Shown: positions 1 to 15,177, numbered from the stretch's first letter. The stretch is DNA of 64,000 nucleotides from Eledone cirrhosa (GCA_964016885.1 OZ024740.1:426932001-426996000), one strand, 5' to 3'. Program-made: numbers and translations. Notes: generated by a model not told the origin, from the letters alone.

Positions 1-268
1 CACACAATTGGTCGTTAAAGTTGAACAACTTGAATATCGTGCAGGAGGATTTAAACCAAATATGTTTTATAAAAGCAAACTCTCACAATGGAAAATACAT
101 AGAAATTGAATCAGTCTAAGAAAATACATATCAAACTTACGATCATTGTCAAATCTGTTAGTAGGGAAAATTCAGTATTAATTTTAACTAACCAGTGAAA
201 TCGGATTGGTCAAAGATCTCCGTATGTCATTCACTATATAGATGTATATAACTGTGTGGTTCTCGTGA

Positions 269-341
269 GGGGAATTAGCTCAGATGGTAGAGCGCTCGCT
301 TTGCATGCGAGAGGTACCGGGATCGACGCCCGGATTCTCCA
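269..341 (+). tRNA. trnA-UGC: tRNA-Ala(UGC)
   Basis: GGGGAATTAGCTCAGATGGTAGAGCGCTCGCTTTGCATGCGAGAGGTACCGGGATCGACGCCCGGATTCTCCA: full cloverleaf, G3:U70, A73, anticodon TGC, T-run terminator at 366-370. Confidence 0.95.
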
Positions 342-426
342 AATGTAGGAGTTATATTACTATATATTTTGATGTTTCTACATTTTACAATTTTCTATTA
401 TTGTTGTTGTTTCTGCTGTTGAATGT

Positions 427-590
427 GATGGATTGGCAGTATCTGTAATCATCAGACAACATGCTTTACAGTATAGAGTTATGGCCCTTTACGTTCCGAG
501 TTAAAATCGCGCCCATGTCAACTTAAAATAAATTAACAATAATGTACTGGGTATTTCACGGCCTTGTTCCAAAAGGAAAAACAATTATAT
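427..590 (+). mobile_element. Decayed, internally deleted tRNA-derived SINE embedded in every array unit (first copy shown)
   Basis: GGATTGGCAGTATC...ATGCTTTACAGTATAGAGTTATGGCCCTTTACGTTCCGAGTTAAAATC...TAATGTACTGGGTAT...GGCCTTGTTCCAAAAG.AAAAACAATTAT aligns by eye with the dispersed SINEs at 27431, 29430, 53331 and 61275. Confidence 0.75.
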
Positions 591-850
<260 letters not shown>

Positions 851-991
851 CACACCACCAGCATCACGTGACCTACCTGTTAGGAGGGCCGTCAGCAATA
901 GTAATCATAGAACATATAGAATCCGTCCGAGGCCGCCCTTATTATTTACTATATATGTATATATATATTGTAGAGAAACAGACTCATGTGA

Positions 992-1064
992 GGGGAATTT
1001 GCTCAGATGGTAGAGCGCTCGCTTAGCATGCGAGAGGTACCGGGATCGATGCCAGGATTCTCCA
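992..1064 (+). tRNA. trnA-AGC: tRNA-Ala(AGC) variant (A9U, C63A T-stem mismatch), possibly impaired
   Basis: GGGGAATTTGCTCAG...CTTAGCAT...GATCGATGCCAGGATTCTCCA. Confidence 0.8.
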
Positions 1065-1715
1065 TGCGTCAAGATTTCTTTTCAAATATTTTTTCTTCTT
1101 CAAAACTACAGCATCACATGACCATCTTTTGAGGTTGGCTGTCAGTTGTAATCGATAGAAGTTGTAACACAATTGGCCCTTAATTCGTACAGCCTGAAAA
1201 TAGCACCAGACTATTCAACCATATATCTATATATATAAAATATAGGAGGTCTGTTTGTGCAAATCCCTAAAACTCCAGATGTACTCGACTGTCTTTTTTC
1301 AAACTTTACACATATGTTACTTATAATACTTGAAGTGCAATAGGCTAGTAGAAATTTAACTTTTGATGCGATTTTTTCATGTTCAATTATGTAGCATCAC
1401 GTGACCTTCATTTGAACATGTCTCTCGCTATAGTCAATTGACATAATCACACAATTGGTCGTTAAAGTTGAACAACTTGAATATCGCGCAGGAGGATTTA
1501 AACCAAATATGTTTTATAAAAGCAAACTCTCACAATGGAAAATACATAGAAATTGAATCAGTCTAAGAAAATACATATCAAACTTACGATCATTGTCAAA
1601 TCTGTTAGTAGGGAAAATTCAGTATTAATTTTAACTAACCAGTCAAATCGGATTGGTCAAAGATCTCCGTATGTCATTCACTATATAGATGTATATAACT
1701 ATGTGGTTCTCCTGA

Positions 1716-1788
1716 GGGGAAATAGCTCAGATGGTAGAGCGCTCGCTTTGCATGCGAGAGGTACCGGGATCGACGCCCGGATTCTCCA
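1716..1788 (+). tRNA. trnA-UGC: tRNA-Ala(UGC) variant (U7A acceptor-stem mismatch)
   Basis: GGGGAAATAGCTC... anticodon TGC. Confidence 0.85.
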
Positions 1789-2038
1789 AATGTAGGAGTT
1801 ATATTACTATATATTTTGATGTTTCTACATTTTACAATTTTCTATTATTGTTGTTGTTTCTGCTGTTGAATGTGATGGATTGGCAGTATCTGTAATCATC
1901 AGACAACATGCTTTACAGTATAGAGTTATGGCCCTTTACGTTCCGAGTTAAAATCGCGCCCATGTCAACTTAAAATAAATTAACAATAATGTACTGGGTA
2001 TTTCACGGCCTTGTTCCAAAAGGTAAAAACAATTATAT

Positions 2039-2259
<221 letters not shown>

Positions 2260-2276
2260 GCTGCTGCTGCTGCTGC

Positions 2277-2310
<34 letters not shown>

Positions 2311-2484
2311 CTTCTTCTTCTTCTTCTTCTTCTTCTTCTTCTTCACACCACCAGCATCACGTGACCTACCTGTGAGGAGGGCCGTCAGCAATAGTAATCA
2401 TAGAACATATAGAATCCGTCCGAGGCCGCCCTTATTATTTACTATATATGTATATATATATTGTAAAGAAATAGACTCATGTGA

Positions 2485-2557
2485 GGGGAATTAGCTCAGA
2501 TGGTAGAGCGCTCGCTTAGCATGCGAGAGGTACCGGGATCGATGCCCGGATTCTCCA
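2485..2557 (+). tRNA. trnA-AGC: tRNA-Ala(AGC)
   Basis: Intact cloverleaf, anticodon AGC, G3:U70, T-runs downstream. Confidence 0.95.
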
Positions 2558-3211
2558 TGCGTCAAGATTTCTTTTAAAATATTTTTTTCTTGTTCAAAAC
2601 TACAGCATCACATGACCTTCTTTTGAGGTTGGCTGTCAGTTGTAATCGATAGAAGTGATAACACAATTAGCCCTTAAATTCATACAGCCTGAAAATAGCA
2701 CCAGACTATTTCAACCATATATCTATATATATAAAATATAGGAGGTCTGTTTGTGCAAATCCTTAAAACTCCAGATGTACTCGACTGACTTTTTTCAAAC
2801 TTTACACATGTGTTACTTATAATACTTGAAGTGCAATAGGCTAGTAGAAATTTAACTTTTGATGCGATTTTTTCATGTTCAATTATGTAGCATCACGTGA
2901 CCTTCATTTGAAGATGTCTCTCGCTATAGTCAATTGACATAATCACACAATTGGTCGTTAAAGTTGAACAACTTGAATATCGTGCAGGAGGATTTAAACC
3001 AAATATGTTTTATAAAAGCAAACTCTCACAATGGAAAATACATAGAAATTGAATCAGTCTAAGAAAATACATATCAAACTTACGATCATTGTCAAATCTG
3101 TTAGTAGGGAAAATTCAGTATTAATTTTAACTAACCAGTGAAATCGGATTGGTCAAAGATCTCCGTATGTCATTCACTATATAGATGTATATAACTGTGT
3201 GGTTCTCGTGA

Positions 3212-3284
3212 GGGGAATTAGCTCAGATGGTAGAGCGCTCGCTTTGCATGCGAGAGGTACCGGGATCGACGCCCGGATTCTCCA
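3212..3284 (+). tRNA. trnA-UGC: tRNA-Ala(UGC)
   Basis: Identical to 269-341. Confidence 0.95.
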
Positions 3285-3533
3285 AATTTAGGAGTTATAT
3301 TACTATATATTTTGATGTTTCTACATTTTACAATTTTCTATTATTGTTGTTGTTTCTGCTGTTGAATGTGATGGATTGGCAGTATCTGTAATCATCAGAC
3401 AACATGCTTTACAGTATAGAGTTATGGCCCTTTACGTTCCGAGTTAAAATCGCGCCCATGTCAACTTAAAATAAATTAACAATAATGTACTGGGTATTTC
3501 ACGGCCTTGTTCCAAAAGTAAAAACAATTATAT

Positions 3534-3757
<224 letters not shown>

Positions 3758-3946
3758 CTTCTTCTTCTTCTTCTTCTTCTTCTTCTTCTTCTTCTTCTTC
3801 TTCTTCACACCACCAGCATCACGTGACCTACCTGTGAGGAGGGCCGTCAGCAATAGTAATCATAGAACATATAGAATCCGTCCGAGGCCGCCCTTATTAT
3901 TTACTATATATGTATATATATATTGTAGAGAAACAGACTCATGTGA

Positions 3947-4019
3947 GGGGAATTAGCTCAGATGGTAGAGCGCTCGCTTAGCATGCGAGAGGTACCGGGA
4001 TCGATGCCCGGATTCTCCA
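3947..4019 (+). tRNA. trnA-AGC: tRNA-Ala(AGC)
   Basis: Identical to 2485-2557. Confidence 0.95.
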
Positions 4020-4673
4020 TGCGTCAAGATTTCTTTTCAAATATTTTTTTCTTGTTCAAAACTACAGCATCACATGACCTTCTTTTGAGGTTGGCTGTCA
4101 GTTGTAATCGATAGAAGTGATAACACAATTAGCCCTTAAATTCATAGAGCCTGAAAATAGCACCAGACTATTTCAACCATATATCTATATATATAAAACA
4201 TAGGAGGTCTGTTTGTGCAAATCCCTAAAACTCCAGATGTACTCGACTGACTTTTTTCAAACTTTACACATGTGTTACTTATAATACTTGAAGTGCAATA
4301 GGCTAGTAGAAATTTAACTTTTGATGTTATTTTTTCATGTTCAAATATGTAGCATCACGTGACCTTCATTTGAACATGTCTCTCGCTATAGTCAATTGAC
4401 ATAATCACACAATTGGCCGTTAAAGTTGAACAACTTGAATATCGTGCAGGAGGATTTAAACCAAATATGTTTTATAAAAGCAAACTCTCACAATGGAAAA
4501 TACATAGAAATTGAATCAGTCTAAGAAAATACATATCAAACTTACGATCATTGTCAAATCTGTTAGTAGGGATAATTGAGTATTAATTTTAACTAACCAG
4601 TCAAATCGAATTGGTCAAAGATATCCGTATGTCATTCACTATATAGATGTATATAACTGTGTGGTTCTCCTGA

Positions 4674-4746
4674 GGGGAATTAGCTCAGATGGTAGAGCGC
4701 TCGCTTTGCATGCGAGAGGTACCGGGATCGACGCCCGGATTCTCCA
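4674..4746 (+). tRNA. trnA-UGC: tRNA-Ala(UGC)
   Basis: Identical to 269-341. Confidence 0.95.
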
Positions 4747-5001
4747 AATGTAGGAGTTATATTACTATATATTTTGATGTTTCTACATTTTACAATTTTC
4801 TATTATTGTTGTTGTTTCAGCTGTTGAATGTGATGGATTGGCAGTACCTGTAATCATCAGACAACATGCTTTACAGTATAGAGTTATGGCCCTTTACGTT
4901 CCGAGTTAAAATCGCGCCCATGTCAACTTAAAATAAATTAACAATAATGTACAGGGTATTTCACGGCCTTGTTCCAAAAGTAAAAACAATTATATTTTTT
5001 T

Positions 5002-5087
<86 letters not shown>

Positions 5088-5258
5088 CTTCTTCTTCTTC
5101 TTCTTCTTCTTCTTCTTCACACCACCAGCATCACGTGACCTACCTGTGAGGAGGGCCGTCAGCAATAGTAATCATAGAACATATAGAATCCGTCCGAGGC
5201 CGCCCTTATTATTTACTATATATATATATATATATTGTAAAGAAACAGACTCATGTGA

Positions 5259-5331
5259 GGGGAATTAGCTCAGATGGTAGAGCGCTCGCTTAGCATGCGA
5301 GAGGTACCGGGATCGATGACAGGATTCTCCA
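5259..5331 (+). tRNA. trnA-AGC: tRNA-Ala(AGC) variant (C61A and C63A; T-stem and B-box damaged), probable pseudogene
   Basis: ...GATCGATGACAGGATTCTCCA. Confidence 0.75.
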
Positions 5332-5985
5332 TGCGTCAAGATTTCTTTTCAAATATTTTTTTCTTGTTCAAAACTACAGCATCACATGACCTTCTTTTGA
5401 GGTTGGCTGTCAGTTGTAATCGATAGAAGTGATAACACAATTAGCCCTTAAATTCATACAGCCTGAAAATAGCACCAGACTATTTCAACCATATATCTAT
5501 ATATATAAAACATAGGAGGTCTGTTTGTGCAAATCCCTAAAACTCCAGATGTACTCGACTGACTTTTTTCAAACTTTACACATGTGTTACTTATAATACT
5601 TGAATTGCAATAGGCTAGTAGAAATTTAACTTTTGATGCGATTTTTTCATGTTCAATTATGTAGCATCACGTGACCTTCATTTGAACATGTCTCTCGCTA
5701 TAGTCAATTGACATAATCACACAATTGGTCGTTAAAGTTGAACAACTTGAATATCGTGCAGGAGGATTTAAACCAAATATGTTTTATAAAAGCAAACTCT
5801 CACAATGGAAAATACATAGAAATTGAATCAGTCTAAGAAAATACATATCAAACTTACGATCATTGTCAAATCTGTTAGTAGGGAAAATTCAGTATTAATT
5901 TTAACTAACCAGTGAAATCGGATTGGTCAAAGATCTCCGTATGTCATTCACTATATAGATGTATATAACTGTGTGGTTCTCGTGA

Positions 5986-6058
5986 GGGGAATTAGCTCAG
6001 ATGGTAGAGCGCTCGCTTTGCATGCGAGAGGTACCGGGATCGACGCCCGGATTCTCCA
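5986..6058 (+). tRNA. trnA-UGC: tRNA-Ala(UGC)
   Basis: Identical to 269-341. Confidence 0.95.
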
Positions 6059-6307
6059 AATGTAGGAGTTATATTACTATATATTTTGATGTTTCTACAT
6101 TTTACAATTTTCTATTATTGTTGTTGTTTCTGCTGTTGAATGTGATGGATTGGCAGTATCTGTAATCATCAGACAACATGCTTTACAGTATAGAGTTATG
6201 GCCCTTTACGTTCCGAGTTAAAATCGCGCCCATGTCAACTTAAAATAAATTAACAATAATGTACTGGGTATTTCACGGCCTTGTTCCAAAAGTAAAAACA
6301 ATTATAT

Positions 6308-6531
<224 letters not shown>

Positions 6532-6698
6532 CTTCTTCTTCTTCTTCTTCTTCTTCACACCACCAGCATCACGTGACCTACCTGTTAGGAGGGCCGTCAG
6601 CAATAGTAATCATAGAACATATAGAATCCGTCCGAGGTCGCCCTTATTATTTACTATATATATATATATATATATTGTAGAGAAACAGACTCATGTGA

Positions 6699-6771
6699 GG
6701 GGAATTTGCTCAGATGGTAGAGCGCTCGCTTAGCATGCGAGAGGTACCGGGATCGATGCCAGGATTCTCCA
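6699..6771 (+). tRNA. trnA-AGC: tRNA-Ala(AGC) variant (A9U, C63A)
   Basis: Same variant as 992-1064. Confidence 0.8.
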
Positions 6772-7422
6772 TGCGTCAAGATTTCTTTTCAAATATTTTT
6801 TCTTCTTCAAAACTACAGCATCACATGACCATCTTTTGAGGTTGGCTGTCAGTTGTAATCGATAGAAGTTGTAACACAATTGGCCCTTAATTCGTACAGC
6901 CTGAAAATAGCACCAGACTATTCAACCATATATCTATATATATAAAATATAGGAGGTCTGTTTGTGCAAATCCCTAAAACTCCAGATGTACTCGACTGTC
7001 TTTTTTCAAACTTTACACATATGTTACTTATAATACTTGAAGTGCAATAGGCTAGTAGAAATTTAACTTTTGATGCGATTTTTTCATGTTCAATTATGTA
7101 GCATCACGTGACCTTCATTTGAACATGTCTCTCGCTATAGTCAATTGACATAATCACACAATTGGTCGTTAAAGTTGAACAACTTGAATATCGCGCAGGA
7201 GGATTTAAACCAAATATGTTTTATAAAAGCAAACTCTCACAATGGAAAATACATAGAAATTGAATCAGTCTAAGAAAATACATATCAAACTTACGATCAT
7301 TGTCAAATCTGTTAGTAGGGAAAATTCAGTATTAATTTTAACTAACCAGTCAAATCGGATTGGTCAAAGATCTCCGTATGTCATTCACTATATAGATGTA
7401 TATAACTATGTGGTTCTCCTGA

Positions 7423-7495
7423 GGGGAAATAGCTCAGATGGTAGAGCGCTCGCTTTGCATGCGAGAGGTACCGGGATCGACGCCCGGATTCTCCA
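7423..7495 (+). tRNA. trnA-UGC: tRNA-Ala(UGC) variant (U7A)
   Basis: Same variant as 1716-1788. Confidence 0.85.
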
Positions 7496-7748
7496 AATGT
7501 AGGAGTTATATTACTATATATTTTGATGTTTCTACATTTTACAATTTTCTATTATTGTTGTTGTTTCTGCTGTTGAATGTGATGGATTGGCAGTATCTGT
7601 AATCATCAGACAACATGCTTTACAGTATAGAGTTATGGCCCTTTACGTTCCGAGTTAAAATCGCGCCCATGTCAACTTAAAATAAATTAACAATAATGTA
7701 CTGGGTATTTCACGGCCTTGTTCCAAAAGGTAAAAACAATTATATTTT

Positions 7749-7885
<137 letters not shown>

Positions 7886-7905
7886 GCTGCTGCTGCTGCT
7901 GCTGC

Positions 7906-7957
<52 letters not shown>

Positions 7958-8125
7958 CTTCTTCTTCTTCTTCTTCTTCTTCTTCACACCACCAGCATCA
8001 CGTGACCTACCTGTGAGGAGGGCCGTCAGCAATAGTAATCATAGAACATATAGAATCCGTCCGAGGCCGCCCTTATTATTTACTATATATGTATATATAT
8101 ATTGTAAAGAAATAGACTCATGTGA

Positions 8126-8198
8126 GGGGAATTAGCTCAGATGGTAGAGCGCTCGCTTAGCATGCGAGAGGTACCGGGATCGATGCCCGGATTCTCCA
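8126..8198 (+). tRNA. trnA-AGC: tRNA-Ala(AGC)
   Basis: Intact. Confidence 0.95.
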
Positions 8199-8852
8199 TG
8201 CGTCAAGATTTCTTTTAAAATATTTTTTTCTTGTTCAAAACTACAGCATCACATGACCTTCTTTTGAGGTTGGCTGTCAGTTGTAATCGATAGAAGTGAT
8301 AACACAATTAGCCCTTAAATTCATACAGCCTGAAAATAGCACCAGACTATTTCAACCATATATCTATATATATAAAATATAGGAGGTCTGTTTGTGCAAA
8401 TCCTTAAAACTCCAGATGTACTCGACTGACTTTTTTCAAACTTTACACATGTGTTACTTATAATACTTGAAGTGCAATAGGCTAGTAGAAATTTAACTTT
8501 TGATGTTATTTTTTCATGTTCAAATATGTAGCATCACGTGACCTTCATTTGAACATGTCTCTCGCTATAGTCAATTGACATAATCACACAATTGGCCGTT
8601 AAAGTTGAACAACTTGAATATCGTGCAGGAGGATTTAAACCAAATATGTTTTATAAAAGCAAACTCTCACAATGGAAAATACATAGAAATTGAATCAGTC
8701 TAAGAAAATACATATCAAACTTACGATCATTGTCAAATCTGTTAGTAGGGATAATTGAGTATTAATTTTAACTAACCAGTCAAATCGAATTGGTCAAAGA
8801 TATCCGTATGTCATTCACTATATAGATGTATATAACTGTGTGGTTCTCCTGA

Positions 8853-8925
8853 GGGGAATTAGCTCAGATGGTAGAGCGCTCGCTTTGCATGCGAGAGGTA
8901 CCGGGATCGACGCCCGGATTCTCCA
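8853..8925 (+). tRNA. trnA-UGC: tRNA-Ala(UGC)
   Basis: Intact. Confidence 0.95.
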
Positions 8926-9177
8926 AATGTAGGAGTTATATTACTATATATTTTGATGTTTCTACATTTTACAATTTTCTATTATTGTTGTTGTTTCAGC
9001 TGTTGAATGTGATGGATTGGCAGTACCTGTAATCATCAGACAACATGCTTTACAGTATAGAGTTATGGCCCTTTACGTTCCGAGTTAAAATCGCGCCCAT
9101 GTCAACTTAAAATAAATTAACAATAATGTACAGGGTATTTCACGGCCTTGTTCCAAAAGTAAAAACAATTATATTTT

Positions 9178-9263
<86 letters not shown>

Positions 9264-9428
9264 CTTCTTCTTCTTCTTCTTCTTCTTCACACCACCAGCA
9301 TCACGTGACCTACCTGTGAGGAGGGCCGTCAGCAATAGTAATCATAGAACATATAGAATCCGTCCGAGGCCGCCCTTATTATTTACTATATATATATATA
9401 TATATTGTAAAGAAACAGACTCATGTGA

Positions 9429-9501
9429 GGGGAATTAGCTCAGATGGTAGAGCGCTCGCTTAGCATGCGAGAGGTACCGGGATCGATGACAGGATTCTCC
9501 A
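9429..9501 (+). tRNA. trnA-AGC: tRNA-Ala(AGC) variant (C61A and C63A), probable pseudogene
   Basis: Same variant as 5259-5331. Confidence 0.75.
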
Positions 9502-10155
9502 TGCGTCAAGATTTCTTTTCAAATATTTTTTTCTTGTTCAAAACTACAGCATCACATGACCTTCTTTTGAGGTTGGCTGTCAGTTGTAATCGATAGAAGT
9601 GATAACACAATTAGCCCTTAAATTCATACAGCCTGAAAATAGCACCAGACTATTTCAACCATATATCTATATATATAAAACATAGGAGGTCTGTTTGTGC
9701 AAATCCCTAAAACTCCAGATGTACTCGACTGACTTTTTTCAAACTTTACACATGTGTTACTTATAATACTTGAATTGCAATAGGCTAGTAGAAATTTAAC
9801 TTTTGATGCGATTTTTTCATGTTCAATTATGTAGCATCACGTGACCTTCATTTGAACATGTCTCTCGCTATAGTCAATTGACATAATCACACAATTGGTC
9901 GTTAAAGTTGAACAACTTGAATATCGTGCAGGAGGATTTAAACCAAATATGTTTTATAAAAGCAAACTCTCACAATGGAAAATACATAGAAATTGAATCA
10001 GTCTAAGAAAATACATATCAAACTTACGATCATTGTCAAATCTGTTAGTAGGGAAAATTCAGTATTAATTTTAACTAACCAGTGAAATCGGATTGGTCAA
10101 AGATCTCCGTATGTCATTCACTATATAGATGTATATAACTGTGTGGTTCTCGTGA

Positions 10156-10228
10156 GGGGAATTAGCTCAGATGGTAGAGCGCTCGCTTTGCATGCGAGAG
10201 GTACCGGGATCGACGCCCGGATTCTCCA
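10156..10228 (+). tRNA. trnA-UGC: tRNA-Ala(UGC)
   Basis: Intact. Confidence 0.95.
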
Positions 10229-10477
10229 AATGTAGGAGTTATATTACTATATATTTTGATGTTTCTACATTTTACAATTTTCTATTATTGTTGTTGTTTC
10301 TGCTGTTGAATGTGATGGATTGGCAGTATCTGTAATCATCAGACAACATGCTTTACAGTATAGAGTTATGGCCCTTTACGTTCCGAGTTAAAATCGCGCC
10401 CATGTCAACTTAAAATAAATTAACAATAATGTACTGGGTATTTCACGGCCTTGTTCCAAAAGTAAAAACAATTATAT

Positions 10478-10686
<209 letters not shown>

Positions 10687-10850
10687 CTTCTTCTTCTTCT
10701 TCTTCTTCACACCACCAGCATCACGTGACCTACCTGTTAGGAGGGCCGTCAGCAATAGTAATCATAGAACATATAGAATCCGTCCGAGGTCGCCCTTATT
10801 ATTTACTATATATATATATATATATATTGTAGAGAAACAGACTCATGTGA

Positions 10851-10923
10851 GGGGAATTTGCTCAGATGGTAGAGCGCTCGCTTAGCATGCGAGAGGTACC
10901 GGGATCGATGCCAGGATTCTCCA
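10851..10923 (+). tRNA. trnA-AGC: tRNA-Ala(AGC) variant (A9U, C63A)
   Basis: Same variant as 992-1064. Confidence 0.8.
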
Positions 10924-11574
10924 TGCGTCAAGATTTCTTTTCAAATATTTTTTCTTCTTCAAAACTACAGCATCACATGACCATCTTTTGAGGTTGGCTG
11001 TCAGTTGTAATCGATAGAAGTTGTAACACAATTGGCCCTTAATTCGTACAGCCTGAAAATAGCACCAGACTATTCAACCATATATCTATATATATAAAAT
11101 ATAGGAGGTCTGTTTGTGCAAATCCCTAAAACTCCAGATGTACTCGACTGTCTTTTTTCAAACTTTACACATATGTTACTTATAATACTTGAAGTGCAAT
11201 AGGCTAGTAGAAATTTAACTTTTGATGCGATTTTTTCATGTTCAATTATGTAGCATCACGTGACCTTCATTTGAACATGTCTCTCGCTATAGTCAATTGA
11301 CATAATCACACAATTGGTCGTTAAAGTTGAACAACTTGAATATCGCGCAGGAGGATTTAAACCAAATATGTTTTATAAAAGCAAACTCTCACAATGGAAA
11401 ATACATAGAAATTGAATCAGTCTAAGAAAATACATATCAAACTTACGATCATTGTCAAATCTGTTAGTAGGGAAAATTCAGTATTAATTTTAACTAACCA
11501 GTCAAATCGGATTGGTCAAAGATCTCCGTATGTCATTCACTATATAGATGTATATAACTATGTGGTTCTCCTGA

Positions 11575-11647
11575 GGGGAAATAGCTCAGATGGTAGAGCG
11601 CTCGCTTTGCATGCGAGAGGTACCGGGATCGACGCCCGGATTCTCCA
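11575..11647 (+). tRNA. trnA-UGC: tRNA-Ala(UGC) variant (U7A)
   Basis: Same variant as 1716-1788. Confidence 0.85.
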
Positions 11648-11900
11648 AATGTAGGAGTTATATTACTATATATTTTGATGTTTCTACATTTTACAATTTT
11701 CTATTATTGTTGTTGTTTCTGCTGTTGAATGTGATGGATTGGCAGTATCTGTAATCATCAGACAACATGCTTTACAGTATAGAGTTATGGCCCTTTACGT
11801 TCCGAGTTAAAATCGCGCCCATGTCAACTTAAAATAAATTAACAATAATGTACTGGGTATTTCACGGCCTTGTTCCAAAAGGTAAAAACAATTATATTTT

Positions 11901-12070
<170 letters not shown>

Positions 12071-12090
12071 GCTGCTGCTGCTGCTGCTGC

Positions 12091-12136
<46 letters not shown>

Positions 12137-12309
12137 CTTCTTCTTCTTCTTCTTCTTCTTCTTCTTCACACCACCAGCATCACGTGACCTACCTGTGAGG
12201 AGGGCCGTCAGCAATAGTAATCATAGAACATATAGAATCCGTCCGAGGCCGCCCTTATTATTTACTATATATGTATATATATATATTGTAAAGAAATAGA
12301 CTCATGTGA

Positions 12310-12382
12310 GGGGAATTAGCTCAGATGGTAGAGCGCTCGCTTAGCATGCGAGAGGTACCGGGATCGATGCCCGGATTCTCCA
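12310..12382 (+). tRNA. trnA-AGC: tRNA-Ala(AGC)
   Basis: Intact. Confidence 0.95.
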
Positions 12383-13036
12383 TGCGTCAAGATTTCTTTT
12401 AAAATATTTTTTTCTTGTTCAAAACTACAGCATCACATGACCTTCTTTTGAGGTTGGCTGTCAGTTGTAATCGATAGAAGTGATAACACAATTAGCCCTT
12501 AAATTCATACAGCCTGAAAATAGCACCAGACTATTTCAACCATATATCTATATATATAAAATATAGGAGGTCTGTTTGTGCAAATCCTTAAAACTCCAGA
12601 TGTACTCGACTGACTTTTTTCAAACTTTACACATGTGTTACTTATAATACTTGAAGTGCAATAGGCTAGTAGAAATTTAACTTTTGATGCGATTTTTTCA
12701 TGTTCAATTATGTAGCATCACGTGACCTTCATTTGAAGATGTCTCTCGCTATAGTCAATTGACATAATCACACAATTGGTCGTTAAAGTTGAACAACTTG
12801 AATATCGTGCAGGAGGATTTAAACCAAATATGTTTTATAAAAGCAAACTCTCACAATGGAAAATACATAGAAATTGAATCAGTCTAAGAAAATACATATC
12901 AAACTTACGATCATTGTCAAATCTGTTAGTAGGGAAAATTCAGTATTAATTTTAACTAACCAGTGAAATCGGATTGGTCAAAGATCTCCGTATGTCATTC
13001 ACTATATAGATGTATATAACTGTGTGGTTCTCGTGA

Positions 13037-13109
13037 GGGGAATTAGCTCAGATGGTAGAGCGCTCGCTTTGCATGCGAGAGGTACCGGGATCGACGCCCG
13101 GATTCTCCA
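13037..13109 (+). tRNA. trnA-UGC: tRNA-Ala(UGC)
   Basis: Intact. Confidence 0.95.
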
Positions 13110-13358
13110 AATGTAGGAGTTATATTACTATATATTTTGATGTTTCTACATTTTACAATTTTCTATTATTGTTGTTGTTTCTGCTGTTGAATGTGATGGA
13201 TTGGCAGTATCTGTAATCATCAGAAAACATGCTTTACAGTATAGAGTTATGGCCCTTTACGTTCCGAGTTAAAATCGCGCCCATGTCAACTTAAAATAAA
13301 TTAACAATAATGTACTGGGTATTTCACGGCCTTGTTCCAAAAGTAAAAACAATTATAT

Positions 13359-13606
<248 letters not shown>

Positions 13607-13777
13607 CTTCTTCTTTTTCTTCTTCTTCTTCTTCTTCACACCACCAGCATCACGTGACCTACCTGTGAGGAGGGCCGTCAGCAATAGTAATCATAGAACA
13701 TATAGAATCCGTCCGAGGCCGCCCTTATTATTTACTATATATGTATATATATATTGTAAAGAAACAGACTCATGTGA

Positions 13778-13850
13778 GGGGAATTAGCTCAGATGGTAGA
13801 GCGCTCGCTTAGCATGCGAGAGGTACCGGGATCGATGCCCGGATTCTCCA
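13778..13850 (+). tRNA. trnA-AGC: tRNA-Ala(AGC)
   Basis: Intact. Confidence 0.95.
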
Positions 13851-14504
13851 TGCGTCAAGATTTCTTTTCAAATATTTTTTTCTTGTTCAAAACTACAGCA
13901 TCACATGACCTTCTTTTGAGGTTGGCTGTCAGTTGTAATCGATAGAAGTGATAACACAATTAGCCCTTAAATTCATAGAGCCTGAAAATAGCACCAGACT
14001 ATTTCAACCATATATCTATATATATAAAACATAGGAGGTCTGTTTGTGCAAATCCCTAAAACTCCAGATGTACTCGACTGACTTTTTTCAAACTTTACAC
14101 ATGTGTTACTTATAATACTTGAAGTGCAATAGGCTAGTAGAAATTTAACTTTTGATGTTATTTTTTCATGTTCAAATATGTAGCATCACGTGACCTTCAT
14201 TTGAACATGTCTCTCGCTATAGTCAATTGACATAATCACACAATTGGCCGTTAAAGTTGAACAACTTGAATATCGTGCAGGAGGATTTAAACCAAATATG
14301 TTTTATAAAAGCAAACTCTCACAATGGAAAATACATAGAAATTGAATCAGTCTAAGAAAATACATATCAAACTTACGATCATTGTCAAATCTGTTAGTAG
14401 GGATAATTGAGTATTAATTTTAACTAACCAGTCAAATCGAATTGGTCAAAGATATCCGTATGTCATTCACTATATAGATGTATATAACTGTGTGGTTCTC
14501 CTGA

Positions 14505-14577
14505 GGGGAATTAGCTCAGATGGTAGAGCGCTCGCTTTGCATGCGAGAGGTACCGGGATCGACGCCCGGATTCTCCA
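14505..14577 (+). tRNA. trnA-UGC: tRNA-Ala(UGC)
   Basis: Intact. Confidence 0.95.
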
Positions 14578-14829
14578 AATGTAGGAGTTATATTACTATA
14601 TATTTTGATGTTTCTACATTTTACAATTTTCTATTATTGTTGTTGTTTCAGCTGTTGAATGTGATGGATTGGCAGTACCTGTAATCATCAGACAACATGC
14701 TTTACAGTATAGAGTTATGGCCCTTTACGTTCCGAGTTAAAATCGCGCCCATGTCAACTTAAAATAAATTAACAATAATGTACAGGGTATTTCACGGCCT
14801 TGTTCCAAAAGTAAAAACAATTATATTTT

Positions 14830-14906
<77 letters not shown>

Positions 14907-15104
14907 CTTCTTCTTCTTCTTCTTCTTCTTCTTCTTCTTCTTCTTCTTCTTCTTCTTCTTCTTCACACCACCAGCATCACGTGACCTACCTGTGAGGAGG
15001 GCCGTCAGCAATAGTAATCATAGAACATATAGAATCCGTCCGAGGCCGCCCTTATTATTTACTATATATATATATATATATTGTAAAGAAACAGACTCAT
15101 GTGA

Positions 15105-15177
15105 GGGGAATTAGCTCAGATGGTAGAGCGCTCGCTTAGCATGCGAGAGGTACCGGGATCGATGACAGGATTCTCCA
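15105..15177 (+). tRNA. trnA-AGC: tRNA-Ala(AGC) variant (C61A and C63A), probable pseudogene
   Basis: Same variant as 5259-5331. Confidence 0.75.

Noticed and set aside
269-341. Terminal CCA read as a genomically encoded CCA tail
   Set aside because: These bases are C71, C72 and discriminator A73, not an added CCA.
1553-1795. 80-aa ORF MNQSKKIHIK... (also at 7260 and 11412)
   Set aside because: Non-ATG start, overlaps a tRNA gene, and is open only in units where point variants remove stops.
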